64,000 nt of DNA from Eimeria praecox. Taxonomy: Eukaryota. Each line of letters starts with the position of its first letter. Within the stretch, counting starts at the first letter, position 1. The notes beneath the pieces are model-generated. The model saw only the letters and a list, made by a program, of their open reading frames with translations, was not told the origin of the DNA and ran no database searches. Below, one piece after another: positions 21,428 to 35,523 of this stretch. Both the position numbers and the translations under genes were made by a program. Location: assembly GCA_963920595.1 (NCBI GenBank), contig OY986950.1, forward strand, positions 3,782,001 through 3,846,000. Direction: 5' to 3'.

Positions 21428-21955
21428 AGCAGCAGCAGCAGAATATAAGCTGCAGCTTGTGGGGCCCCAGCAGCACAAAATTTATATGTTGCAGCGGGGC
21501 GAGAGATGAATGTCAAGGAGACACATGAGAATTGCTTCGAGCAGCAGCAGCAATAGCAGCAGCAGCAATAGCAGCAGCAGCAATAGCAGCAGCAGCAATA
21601 GCAGCAGCAGCAATAGCAGCAGCAGCAATAGCAGCAGCAGCAATAGCAGCAGCAGCATGGTTGCTGCAGCAGATGCAGCAGCAATAGCAGCAGCAGCTGC
21701 AGCAGAAACAGCAGCAGCAGCAGCAGCAGAAATAGCAACAGCAGCTGCAGCAGAAACAGCAGCAGGTGCTGCAGCAGCAGCAGCAGAAACAGCAGCAGCA
21801 GCTGCAGAAATAGCAGCAGCAGCAGCTGCTGCAGCAGCTGCTGCGGCTGCAGCAGCTGAGAAGGGGGGGGGGGGCTGTGTGTAGATCAGGGATGTGTGGG
21901 GTAGAGTATGTTTGGATCGTTGTCTGTCTCTTTCTTCTTGATAAGATAAATTAAG

Positions 21956-22018
<63 letters not shown>

Positions 22019-22051
22019 GTATATATACGTATAAACTGGTATTGCGGTGTA

Positions 22052-22114
<63 letters not shown>

Positions 22115-22428
22115 ATATATATATCTGGTATTGCGGTGTATATGCAGCTTGTAGTTGCATGCAGTGTTGAGGTGTATATACAACATACAGATAGCAGTTA
22201 GATTGCTTCTCTTATACAGAAACAGAGATACGGAGGAGACAGAAGAGAGACAGAAGAGACAGACAGAAGAGACAGACGGAGACAGATAAAAGAGACAGAC
22301 AGAAGAGAAGGACAGAAGAGACAGAGATAGACAGACAGAAGAGACAGAAACAGAGACAGAGACAGACAGAAGAGACAGACAGAAGAGACAGACAGAAGAG
22401 ACAGACAGAAGAGACAGAGACAGACAGA

Positions 22429-22518
<90 letters not shown>

Positions 22519-22778
22519 TCCCCTCACATCCCCTGTATGACTCTTTTATGATAAACTGTTGCTTGTGTGCTTGGACTCTAACAGTTTTTTAAATATATTT
22601 TATATATATATTTATATATTTTTATAAATATATTAAGTATATTAAATAAATATATATATATATATATACACTACACAAGCAGGGAGTCTCCTCTTTACTT
22701 GATTCAAGTGTCTCCTCAGTGCAGCAGCAGCAGCAGTAGCAGCAGATCTCTAGCAGCACCACATGCTGCAGCGACATG

Positions 22779-22885
<107 letters not shown>

Positions 22886-23097
22886 TAGGGAGCGTAGCAT
22901 TAGCCTATCTCTTATAGTGAAGGAGAGACAGTTTGAGGTGTACAGACACCAGAGACAGAGAGACAGACAGAGAGAGAGACAGAGAGATGCTGCATGCAGG
23001 GAGCGAGCAACATCAGCTCTCAATTAGCAGCAGCAGCAGCAACAGCAGCAGCAACAGCAGCAGCAACAGCAGCAGCAGGCCGTCAGAGGGATACAAA

Positions 23098-23560
23098 GCT
23101 AGATGCTAGCTAGCTGCCTAGACACCCGAACCCCAAGTCAGCGGGGGGTGCTGTAGCTAGCAGCAGCAAGTAGTAGGGACTAGCTGCAGCAAGTGTAGAA
23201 CTAGCTAGCTAGCTGCAGCTAGCTGGCTAGTTCTAGCGGTAGCTACCTGTAGCTAGCTGCAGCTAGCTAGCTGTAGCTAGCTATAGCTAGCTGTAGCTAG
23301 CTGTAGCTAGCTAGCTACAGCTAGCGTACTCGTTAGTGAGGAGAAGAGTTGATAGAATCAACAGCGAGGGGGGGGGAGGGGGGGGGCAGGGATCGTCTCC
23401 CGCAGGCTGTGGCTAGCTATAGCTAGCTGCAGCTATTACAGTTAGCTACAGCTAGCTACAGCTAGCTACAGCTAGCTACAGCTAGCCAGAGGCAGTCAGC
23501 ATCACCTACAGCCCCCCCCCAACATAGTATGTATAGCTAGCTAGCTACAGCTAGAGCTAA
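23098..23560. repeat. (TAGC)n / AGCT palindromic tetranucleotide satellite; also ~41626-41668, ~56580-56790, ~59145-59170
   Basis: GCTAGCTAGC and GCTGTAGCTA/GCTACAGCTA variants read directly. Confidence 0.85.
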
Positions 23561-24056
23561 GGTTATGTATGTTGTTTATATAACAATTTTAAATATATTT
23601 ATATAATACAACTTCAGGTGTACGTACACCGCAATAAACAAACAAAAAAAGTTTTCTAATAACTTCTTCCGCCAGCCCCAAAATGCATGCAGCCCCAAAT
23701 TTATTATATTATAAAATAATATATCTGTTGATCGATTTGTATGTTTCTGTTAGCTTAGTTTATTAAATAAATTTAAAATAATATTAATTGTTTTTTGACG
23801 ACATAGAAAAGAGAAAGAGCTACAAACAAATTGAGGTGTATGTACACCGCAGATCTGCTGGAGTGCTGCTGTTCTGCTTCTTTCTGTTTTTTTTGTGTCT
23901 TTCTCTCCTTATATTTTTTTGATTTAATATTTATTTAAATTAAATATTAGATATTATAACTGTAGAGAGAGATTAAATCTGCTTCCTGCTGTTTGTTGGT
24001 GGTCGTGAGCGGCTGCTGCTGCTGCTGCTGCTGCTGTTGATAGCGGTGCAGCATAA

Positions 24057-24109
<53 letters not shown>

Positions 24110-24181
24110 TGTCTTTCGCAGCAAAACATACTTTCCTAGCTGTTTTTTCTCTGCTTCTGAATTGTGGGGTTTAGGGCGGCT

Positions 24182-24468
24182 ATGACTGCTGCTGCAGCGA
24201 AGCAACAACCTGCTGCTGCTGCAGCAGCAGCAGCAGCAGCACCAGCAGCAGCAGCAGCAGCAGCACCTTCTAGTGGCGCTTCTGCTGCAGGGAGTTCAGC
24301 TTCATCAGCAGCAACAGCAGCAACAACAGCAACAACAGCAACAACCGCAGCAGCAGCAACAGCAGCAGCAGCAGCAGCAGCAGGGCGTCAGAGGGATACA
24401 AAGGTAGATGCTAGCTTGCAGTCAATATCTGCAGCAGCAACACACCGCTATGTCCCTGTAAAGCTTAT

Positions 24469-24503
<35 letters not shown>

Positions 24504-25053
24504 TATTACAGGATGGGGGGGTTGATCGCAGCATACTTGTTGACCTGTACAGACACTGCGATGCAGCAGCAGCAGCAGACAATTTCTCTTTGCTGCTGCT
24601 GAAGAGATTAGAGGTGAGGGCGTCTTCCAGGTGTACGTACACTCCACAGCCAACGAACGATGATGCAGCAACACGCCCTGCTGCTGCTGTGGTTGTTGTT
24701 GTTGCTGCTGCTGCTGCTGTTCCTGCTGCTGCTGTTGCTGCAGCAGCAGCAGGTCTTGTCTGCCTGCGTTTTATGCTTCTGCTTCTTTGTTCCTGCTGTA
24801 GATGCTTGCCAAACCCCAAACCCTAAACCCTAAACCCTAAACCCTAAACCCTACTCTGAAAGTCTTCTGTATCTATGCTGTCTTCTATACAGCATTTTTG
24901 TGGGGCCCCACACATTGCTGCTGCTGTTGCTGCTGTTGCTGCTGCTGCTGCTGCTGTGTTGCTGCGGTTTCTTTAGGCCTGGCGGCTGCGGTGTCTTCCT
25001 TATCTGCCTCTAGTGCTGCAGGAGAGAGATATAAGAGAGCCTCTTACTCCTTG

Positions 25054-25115
<62 letters not shown>

Positions 25116-25393
25116 GCGTGTGGTGCTGCCATTGTCGCGGCTGCAGCTATGTGAATGCAGTAGATATAAACGTATTGTTTGTATCTGTCGCATCCGAAAC
25201 AGAGGAAGAGTTTCTCATATTTTTTTATGAGTTTGTTTATTGTGTTTGCTGGGGTTTACTATCTCCTGCTGCTGCTGTCTCCTTACTGCAGCAGCAGCTG
25301 CTGCCACGGGCTCTGCTGCATCTGCTGCTGCTGCTGAAGGATCTCCACGCACTCGCTAGAAAAAATCTTATCTTTAAAAACGATGCAGCAGCA

Positions 25394-25432
<39 letters not shown>

Positions 25433-25500
25433 ACACCTGCTGCTGCTGCTGCTGCTGCTGAAGCTGCTGTTAAGGTGAAGGGAGAATGTGCTGGCGAGAG

Positions 25501-25553
<53 letters not shown>

Positions 25554-25716
25554 GCAGTGGGGGCGATGCAGAGAAACGTTTGGCTGATGAAGGCCCTGCT
25601 GCTGCTGCTGCTGCTGCTGCAGCAGCAGCAGCAGCACCAGAAGCAGCATCAACAGCATCGAAATCAGCACCAGCATCAGCAGCAGCAACAACAACAACAG
25701 CAGCAGCAACACCACC

Positions 25717-25747
<31 letters not shown>

Positions 25748-25750
25748 GCA

Positions 25751-25783
<33 letters not shown>

Positions 25784-25924
25784 AGAGAGAAAGAGGAGAT
25801 GAAGGATCTATCAGAAGAGTGTTTGTGTCTCTCTTCTTGTTTTGTTGGCTCTCCCTCTCTCTCTTCTCTTGATGTTGCGAAGGCAGCAGCATATATTTCT
25901 TACGTTACGAGGAGCCCCTTAGAA

Positions 25925-25982
<58 letters not shown>

Positions 25983-26163
25983 ACAAGAAGCGAGGTCAAC
26001 AGCAACAGCAACAGCAGCAGCAGCAACAGCAGCAGCAGCAACAGCTGCTGCTGCCACAGCCCTTCCTTGCTATGCTGCTTGATGCTGTCTCTCAGTGTGG
26101 GGAGTTGATAGCAGGGACACCTGCAGCAGCAAATGCAAGAAAGGCTAGAAACAACCTAGCAGG

Positions 26164-26199
<36 letters not shown>

Positions 26200-26452
26200 A
26201 GTGTTAGTGCTAGTGTTAGTGCTGTTGTTGCTGTCTTGGTGTTGATGGTGTTCGTGTCTTCGTGCTGCTGCTGTTGCTCTCTTGCTGCTGCTGCTGCTGC
26301 TGTTGCTGTCTTCTTGCTGCTGCTGCTGCTGCTTGTGATGCTGCTGCTGCATATGTTGCTGCTGTGGTTGCTGTCTTCGTGCTGCTGCTTCATCTGCTGC
26401 TGTTGCTGCTCTCTTCTTCCTGCTGCTCTGCTTGATCCTGCTGCTGCTGCTG

Positions 26453-26484
<32 letters not shown>

Positions 26485-26752
26485 ATCTAACATCACCTTC
26501 ATCAAAATATTTCTTCATAAACAAACAAAACAAATCGAACAACTCCGCCAAATTAAATAAAATAAAACAAATAAATATAAATATAAATATAAATATAAAT
26601 ATAACTATAACTATAAATATAAATATAAATATAAATATAAATATAAATATAAATATAAATATAAATATAAATATAAATATAAATATAAATATAAATATAA
26701 AACATAAACATAAACATAAACATAAATATAAATATAAATATAAATATAAATA

Positions 26753-26826
<74 letters not shown>

Positions 26827-27219
26827 ATGTTTATGTTTTAGTATTTCTCCGTCTGTTAGAGATGAAGACATATTTATCTCCTAAACTTATTTGTGCTTTC
26901 GTTTCTACTCCTCGTCTCGATGATATACAATGGTCTCGCCTCTATTCAGGGGCCCCCCTTAGTACCCATGGGGGCCCCCATCAGGGGGCCCCCCCCCTTA
27001 GTACCCATGGGGGCCCCCATCAGGGGGGGGGGGGCCCCTCAAGATATATTCGAAGGGTGAATGAGTTGTTAGTGAAGGAGAGAACGAAGAGGAGATTTAC
27101 TTTAATTGTTTATAATGTGGCGAGAGAGAATATTTGTTTTTATAGTTATTTATATTCAAGATTGCTGCATTATGCTACATATCCCGTGAGGAGGGGGGTG
27201 ATGGGGTTGCTGCTGCTGT

Positions 27220-27254
<35 letters not shown>

Positions 27255-27777
27255 CTGTTGCTGTTGTTGGTGCTGCTGTTGTTGGTGCTGCTGTTGCTGT
27301 TGTTGCTGTTGTTGGTGCTGCTGCTGTTGTTGTTGTTGTTGCTGTTGTTGTTGTTGTTGTTGTTGTTGCTGCTGATGATGATGATGATGCTGATTGTGCT
27401 GCTGCTGCTTGTGCTGCTGCTGCTTGTGCTGCTGCTGCTGCTGCTTGTGCTGCTGCTGCTGCTGCTGTTGTAGCATTGTTATTGTGTGTTGTTGTGTGTG
27501 CTTTGATAGTGTGTGTGTATATACTATGTGTTTGTAATCCATAGGAGAAACTGCCTGTATCAGCAGCAGCAACAGCATTTAAGAGGGCGATAAGTATGGG
27601 GGAGTTATGTCTTCTACGCTGTTTGTCTCTTCTTCTATCTGTTTACGAAGACTACCTCTTCTCTAAAAACTCCCTTCTACCCATTATTAAACTATATGCT
27701 CCCACCAAGATATTGGAGGTTATTGGCTTCTGGATTCATATACATGCTGATGCTAGGAGATTATACAAGACACATCG

Positions 27778-27818
<41 letters not shown>

Positions 27819-27825
27819 GCAGTAG

Positions 27826-27859
<34 letters not shown>

Positions 27860-27917
27860 GGGAGTAGTAGCAGCAGCAAGAGATACGAGTCGCAGGTGCG
27901 GATACATCAGCTGCTCA

Positions 27918-27991
<74 letters not shown>

Positions 27992-28161
27992 AGTACAGTT
28001 GTTGCTGCTAGTTCTGCTGCTGCTGCTGCTGCTGCTGTGTTGAGAGATTTATTGTTGATTTGTTATATTTTGTATGGAGACAGCAAACAGAAGAATATAC
28101 AAATTTGAGACATGGTTGTATGCGTGTCTGCTGCTGCTGTTGCTGCTACTGCTGCTGCTGT

Positions 28162-28199
<38 letters not shown>

Positions 28200-28723
28200 C
28201 AGCGAACAGCAGAAGCAGAGTTGGGAGAACACCGCAGCGCTTTGCTTCGAGGCGCAGCAGAAGGCCCTTCAACTCAATTCTTTGATATGCTGGCTGTGCT
28301 TATTATGAGGGGGTAGGCAGATAAACATATCTTGCTGCTGCTGCTGCTGCTGCTGCTGTTGGTGGTGGTGGTGGTGGTGCTGTTGGTGCTGCTGCTGCTG
28401 CTGCTGCTGCTGTTGGTGGTGGTGGTGGTGGTGCTGTTGGTGCTGCTGTTGGTGCTGCTGCTGGTGATGCTGTTGCTGTCGATGCTGCTGCTAGTGTTGC
28501 TCTTGTTTTTGGTTTGTTGCTGCTGTTGCTGCTGCTGCTGTTGCTGCTGCTGCTGTTGCTGCTGTTTTTATTTCTGGGTATGGTGTTGGCTGTGATACTG
28601 CTGCTGCTGCTGCTGCTCTTGCTGCTGTTGCTGCTGCTGCTGCTGTTGCTGTTGCTGTGTATTTGTATTTGTATATATTTTATTTGTATTTGTATATTTG
28701 TATTTATCTCTGTATTTTTGTAT

Positions 28724-28799
<76 letters not shown>

Positions 28800-28957
28800 T
28801 GTACAGGATTCTGCGGCTCGAAGACGTATATAGCTATTTGCTTCCTTCCGATGCTTCTTTATTATTATTAAGTAGAAATTTATCGTGTAGTTTTAGAGAG
28901 GCGTTAGCAGCAGCAAAGGCAGGAGTCCTACAGCCCCCTCCGAGGCCCCCTGAGGTG

Positions 28958-28996
<39 letters not shown>

Positions 28997-29005
28997 GGGG
29001 GAGCT

Positions 29006-29036
<31 letters not shown>

Positions 29037-29291
29037 GAGGAGATGCGTCAACACATGGAGATAACTCAGCAGCTACACCGCAGCAGCAGCAACCCCACAC
29101 ATCGTCACAGGGTATGTATATACACCTCAACTACCCATCCTCCTCCTTCTGCTGCTGCTGTAGCTTATCATCATCCTGCTGCTGCTCCTCCTGCTGCTGC
29201 TGCTGCTGCTGCTGCAGGCTTTGGGGGCTTCAGCTCTTCTCCTTCTGCTTGGAGTTCTTCGCCAACGAGAGGATGGCGGGAAGATTGGAGA

Positions 29292-29336
<45 letters not shown>

Positions 29337-29555
29337 TATCAACAGCAGCAGAACAAAGACAGTCCTGCTGCTGCTGCTGCAGCAAATACTACTAATACTA
29401 CTACTACTGCAGCAGCAGCAGCAGCAGCAGCAGCACTGCCGCCTGGCGTAGAGAATTTGTTAGAGGGAGCAGAGAACACATACAGGTGAGTAGATAGATA
29501 TTTGATGCTGTCTCTACAGCAGCAGTTTAGGTGTCTCCTTAACTGTCTCCTCTTT

Positions 29556-29617
<62 letters not shown>

Positions 29618-29885
29618 TACTAGCTCTGTCTGTGTCTCTGTCTCCCTTGTTTCTGTTCTGTTGCTGTTGTTGCTGTTGCTGCTGCAGCAGCTTCTGCTGC
29701 TGCTTCTGCTGCAGCTTCTGCTGCTGCTTCTGCTGCTGCTGCAGCTTCTGCTGCTGCTTCTGCTGCTGCTGCTTCTGCTGCTGCTGCTGCAGCTTCTGCT
29801 GCTGCTGCAGCTTCTGCTGCATCTTCTGCTGCTGCTTCTGCTTCCGCATCTGTTGCTCTATGTCTTTCTGTTTGTGTTGTTGTTG

Positions 29886-29957
<72 letters not shown>

Positions 29958-31473
29958 TTATTTATTAGGGGTTATCGTGAGGCCGCCTATCGTCTCCGTC
30001 TCCAGAAGCTAGACCTGCTTGCTTCTCTTCTCGATTTAAATGGATTTACTGCAGCAGAGAGCCTGCTGCTGCACTTCAGCGGGAAGTTGCTGCTGCTACC
30101 ATCTGTCAATGAAAGAGCATACACCAGTCTTGTTAATTATATTAGGTACCATCATATCTAGATACTGTATACTGTCTCCTACACTATCTGTCTCCTATAC
30201 TGTCTCCTATACTATCTGTCTCCTACACTATCTGTCTCCTATACTGTCTCCTATACTAACTGTCTCCTATACTATCTGTCTCCTATACTATACTGTCTCC
30301 TATACTATACTGTCTCCTATACTGTACTGTCTCCTATACTGTCTCCTATACTGTACTGTCTCCTATACTAACTGTCTCCTATACTGTCTCCTATACTAAC
30401 TGTCTCCTATACTATACTGTCTCCTATGCTATACTGTCTCCTATACTATACTGTCTCCTATACTATACTGTCTCCTATACTGTCTCCTACACTATACTGT
30501 CTCCTATACTATACTGTCTCCTATACTATCTGTCTCCTATACTGTCTCCTACACTATACTGTCTCCTATACTATACTGTCTCCTATACTGTACTGTCTCC
30601 TATACTATACTGTCTCCTATACTGTACTGTCTCCTATACTGTACTGTCTCCTGTACTATACTGTCTCCTATACTATACTGTCTCCTATACTATACTGTCT
30701 CCTATGTTTACTGTCTCCTTTCATTTTTATTATTTTGCTGTTTATTAAACTGTTTATGTATTTTGTATTCTGCTGTTCTCTCTCTTCAGTTTTCTGTCTC
30801 CGTTTCTGTCTCTCTCTCTTTCTTATATGTCTCCTTCTGTCTATTCTGTATTTAACTGTCTCCTCATCTTCTTCTGTCTCTCTGTTTCATCTGTTCTGTA
30901 TTTATATCCCTGGCTCCCTTTATCTATTCTGTATTTATCTCTCTATGTCCCTCTGTCTCTCTCTCTCTGTCTCCTCTTATCTATTGTTTATTTATCTGTC
31001 TCTTTCTGTCTCTGTCTCTCTCTGTCTCCTTTTATATATTCTTTATTTATCTCTCTGTCTCTCTCTGTCTCTGTCTCTCTCTGTCTCCTTGTATCTGTCT
31101 CCTTCTATTTATCTATTGTTTATTTGTCTGTCTCCGTCTCTTTCTGTCTCTGTCTCTCTATCTCTCTGTCTCCTTTAATATCTCTCTCTCTCCCTGTCTC
31201 TCTCTGTCTCTCTCTGTCTCTCTCTGTCTCTCTCTGTCTCTCTCTCTCTGTCTCCTTGTATCTGTCTCCTTCTATTTATCTGTTGTTTATTTGTCTGTCT
31301 CTGTCTCTTTCTGTCTCTGTCTCTCTGTCTCTGTCTCTCTGTCTCCTGTAATATCTCTCTCTCTGTCTCTCTCTGTCTCTCTGTCTGTCTCCTGTTGTTT
31401 TGTTAGTTGGTTGATTCGGCCTATCTTAGGAGGCCCCGAGGCAGCTATGCGGGATTTGCTGCAGCAGCAAGAT

Positions 31474-31507
<34 letters not shown>

Positions 31508-31508
31508 G

Positions 31509-31547
<39 letters not shown>

Positions 31548-31873
31548 TAGTGTCTCTTCTATCTATTCAAGGACCCCAATCGAGGAGACAGTCCCCTCAG
31601 AGCAGCAGCTGCAGCAGCTGCGTGCTGCTGCAGCAGACGAAGAAAATTTTGATGCTTCCTCTATCCCCAAAATTTGGCTTGGATTGCTGCTGCCTGATCC
31701 TGCTGCTGCTGCTCCTGCTGCTGCTGCTGCTGCTCCTGCTGCTGCTGCTGCTGCGGGTGCAGCAGCAGCAGCAGCATCGCCAACACCACCACCAACAGCA
31801 ACAGCAGCACCAACAGCAACAACAGCAGCAACACCAGCATCAGCAACATCAGCAGCAACACCAGCAGCAACAA

Positions 31874-31904
<31 letters not shown>

Positions 31905-32134
31905 AGGAGGAGGTTTTCGTTGTCAGGGTATGTTTCCCTGTTTCACGTACGATGATTTTTTCAACAAGGCAGTCCCTCTGCTGCTGCTGCTGCAGGGATA
32001 TATTGCGTACTCTCCTCGTCTCCTTCTTGCTGTCTTGGGTGTTTGCAATAATTTTGTTGCTGCTGTTGCTAGAGGAGAAATAGAAAGAGATATTAAATAT
32101 GAGAAACTCGTACGTATACACTACAGATATATAT

Positions 32135-32201
<67 letters not shown>

Positions 32202-32245
32202 TCGCAGGAGACACCCGAAACAAGCCACACATACATGCATGCAGA

Positions 32246-32276
<31 letters not shown>

Positions 32277-32384
32277 GCAGTATGCGGGGAGAGGGCATCG
32301 GGGAGAGATCAATAGACACCTTGGGACACAACACGCCCTTGCTGCAGCTGTTGCTGCTGCAGCAGCAGCTGCTGCTGCTGCTGT

Positions 32385-32421
<37 letters not shown>

Positions 32422-32509
32422 AGAGAGATATTTCTACATGTTGCTGCTGCAGTGTGTTCTTTCCTCCTAAAACATAGTAAACGTGTTTGTATGTTGTGTG
32501 TTTGTCTGT

Positions 32510-32545
<36 letters not shown>

Positions 32546-32887
32546 ACTTCTGCTGCTGCTCTTGCTGCTGCTGCTCTTGCTGCTGCTGCTCTTGCTGCTG
32601 CTGCTCTTGCTCTTGCTGCTCTTGCTGCTGCTGCTGCTGCTGTCTATCTGTCTGTCTGTCTGTCTCTGTCTGTGTCTGTCTGTATAACAGGATATGGTTT
32701 TAAGTGATATAATATTTCCCGCTGTATCTCAAATTGTGAATGGGGGTACAACAATTAACGAGGAGTTGTGGGATATTTTGAAAAAGTTGGAGGCGTATAA
32801 AAGATTTAGAATATATGATAGAGTCATTAGCTTGTGGAGTACAAACAAATGCCCCATTGTTAGTTAACGTGCTGCTGATGATGATGA

Positions 32888-32922
<35 letters not shown>

Positions 32923-33340
32923 GTGGTGGTGATGGTGGTGATGCTGCTGCTGCTGCTGTTGTTGTTGCTGCTGTTGCTGCTGGTATTTCTGCTGCGATTC
33001 AGAATATATGAAAAAGTCAGTAGCATGTGGAGTACAAACAAATGCCCCATTGTTAATAAACGTGTTGCTGCTGCTGCTGCTGTTGTTGTTGCTGCTGCTG
33101 CTGTTGCTGCTGCTGCTGTTGCTGCTGCTGCTGTTGGTGATGGTGATGATGGTGGTGGTGGTGGTGGTGGTGCTGCTGCTGCTGCTGATGATGATGATGT
33201 TGCTGCTGATGGTGTTGTTGTTGCTGCTGTTGATGATGATGTTGCTGTTGTTGCTGCTGCTGCTGCATCTCTTGCTGCTGCTTATGCTGCAGCTCATGCT
33301 GCTGTTTCTGCTCGTGTTGCTGCTGCAGCTTTCTATTGTA

Positions 33341-33374
<34 letters not shown>

Positions 33375-33394
33375 CAGTTGCTTTCTTCTCATGC

Positions 33395-33437
<43 letters not shown>

Positions 33438-33949
33438 TTAGGCCCTAAACTACGAGATAGCTCGTTTGAAGCTCCGTAAATTATTAAAACGTTTGACTTC
33501 AACAATATTTTCAAGAGAAGGAGACAGCGAGAGAGGAGTACTCAGAGATATATCTAATCTGTCTCTTAATGCTCCCTTCCCTCTAGCTGAAGCTGTACTC
33601 ACACAGGCAGATCTATTCGATGAAAATATGGTAAACCCTAAACCCTAAACCCTAAACCTAAACCCTAAACCCTAAACCCTAACCTTAAACCCTAACCCTA
33701 AACCCTAACCCTAAACCCTAAACCCTAAACCTAAACCCTAGCTAGACCCTAAACCCTAAACTCTAACCCTAAACCCTAGACCCTAAACCTAAACCCTAGA
33801 CCCTAAACCCTAACCCTAAACCCTAGACCCTAAACCCTAGGTAGTAGTGGATTTATTTCATGAAAATTGGGTGATGAACAAACCCTACACCCTAATTAGA
33901 CGATATAGTCTTCTGCTGCTAGGAAGCAAACTGCTGCTGCTGCTGCTTT

Positions 33950-33995
<46 letters not shown>

Positions 33996-35268
33996 CTGCT
34001 GCAAGGATCTGTCTTTGAGGGTGTATTGGTGTCTCTCTCTATTTTGTTTGTGTCTCCTTAGATTTTGTTATGATGTTGTGTCTCTGTTGTTGCTCTGTAT
34101 TTGACGTGTCTCCTCGTTGCTACTGTCTCCTTCCTCCTTTCGTTTTCTGTCTCCTCTTTCTTATTATTATTATTCTCTCTTACTCGAATCAACTTAGGCT
34201 GTAGTTATTTCATGAACTGCCGCTGTATCCTCACCTGTCTCCTCTGCCTCCTTATCTGTCTCCTTATCTGTCTCCCCAGCTGTCTCCTCAGCTATCTCCT
34301 CACCTGTCTCCTCAGCTGTATCCTCAGCTGTATCCTCAGCTGTATCCTCAGCTGTCTCCTAATCTGTCTCCTAATCTGTCTCCTTACCTGTCTCCTCGCC
34401 TGTCTCTTCATGTATTATTGTTATATCTGTCTCTGTCTCTTTTGTTATCTTCTCTGTCTCTGTCTCTGTCTCTCTCTCTTTTGTTTGTTTTTTTGTCTGT
34501 CTCCTTCAGGTGTATACACTAAGCGAGGCCACACGGGGTGTATGTAAAGTTGCTGCAGATATATTGGCTTGTCGTTTAGTAGAGAGACAGTTAAAGAACA
34601 GAGACACATCCTCTGATACCGAGGGGGCTGGGGTGTCTAGACGTCTCACGAACAGGGCCACTATGGCTGGCTCTTTCTTTAGATTGTAAGATATCTGTCT
34701 CCTTCTCTGTCTCCTTCTATGTCTCCTCTGTCTCTGTCTCCTTCTCTGTCTCCTTCTCTGTCTCTGTCTCCTTCTCTGTCTCCTTCTCTGTCTCCTTCTC
34801 TGTCTCTGTCTCCTTCTCTGTCTCTGTCTCTGTCTCCTCTGTCTCTGTCTCCTCTTTCTCTGTCTCTATCTCTGTCTCCCTGTTTGTCTCCTTGTGTCTC
34901 TCCTTGGCTGTCTTTCTCTCTTTGTCTCCGTGTCTGTCTCTCTCTGTCTCTCTGTCTCTCTCTGTCTCTCTGTCTCCTCCTCTCTGTCTCTCTTTCTCTT
35001 TCTCTCTCTGTCTCTTTGTCTGTCTTTCTATCTCCTTCTCTCTGTCTCTCTTTCTGTCTCTGTCTCTGTCTCCTTCTCTCTCTCTGTCTCTTTGTGTCTC
35101 TGTGTCTGTCTCCTTCTCCCTCACTGTCTCCTCCTTTCCTTGTGTCTGTCTCCTCTCTCTCTCTCTCTGTCTATGTCTCGTCTCTCTCTCTCTGTCTCTT
35201 TGTCTCTTTGTCCTTCATTCTTATTTTTTTATTAATAAATAATATTATATATATATATACACATATAC

Positions 35269-35299
<31 letters not shown>

Positions 35300-35312
35300 T
35301 ATGTATATATAT

Positions 35313-35346
<34 letters not shown>

Positions 35347-35478
35347 ATTTATTTATTTATGTGTCTCCTTTTACAGGCATAAAGACATAGATATGCGGCC
35401 TCTGCTTATTTCTACGTTAACACGAATGTGGGGCGAGTTGCACGAAAGAGACGTGCAGATCTTCAGGAGACACCCCCC

Positions 35479-35523
<45 letters not shown>

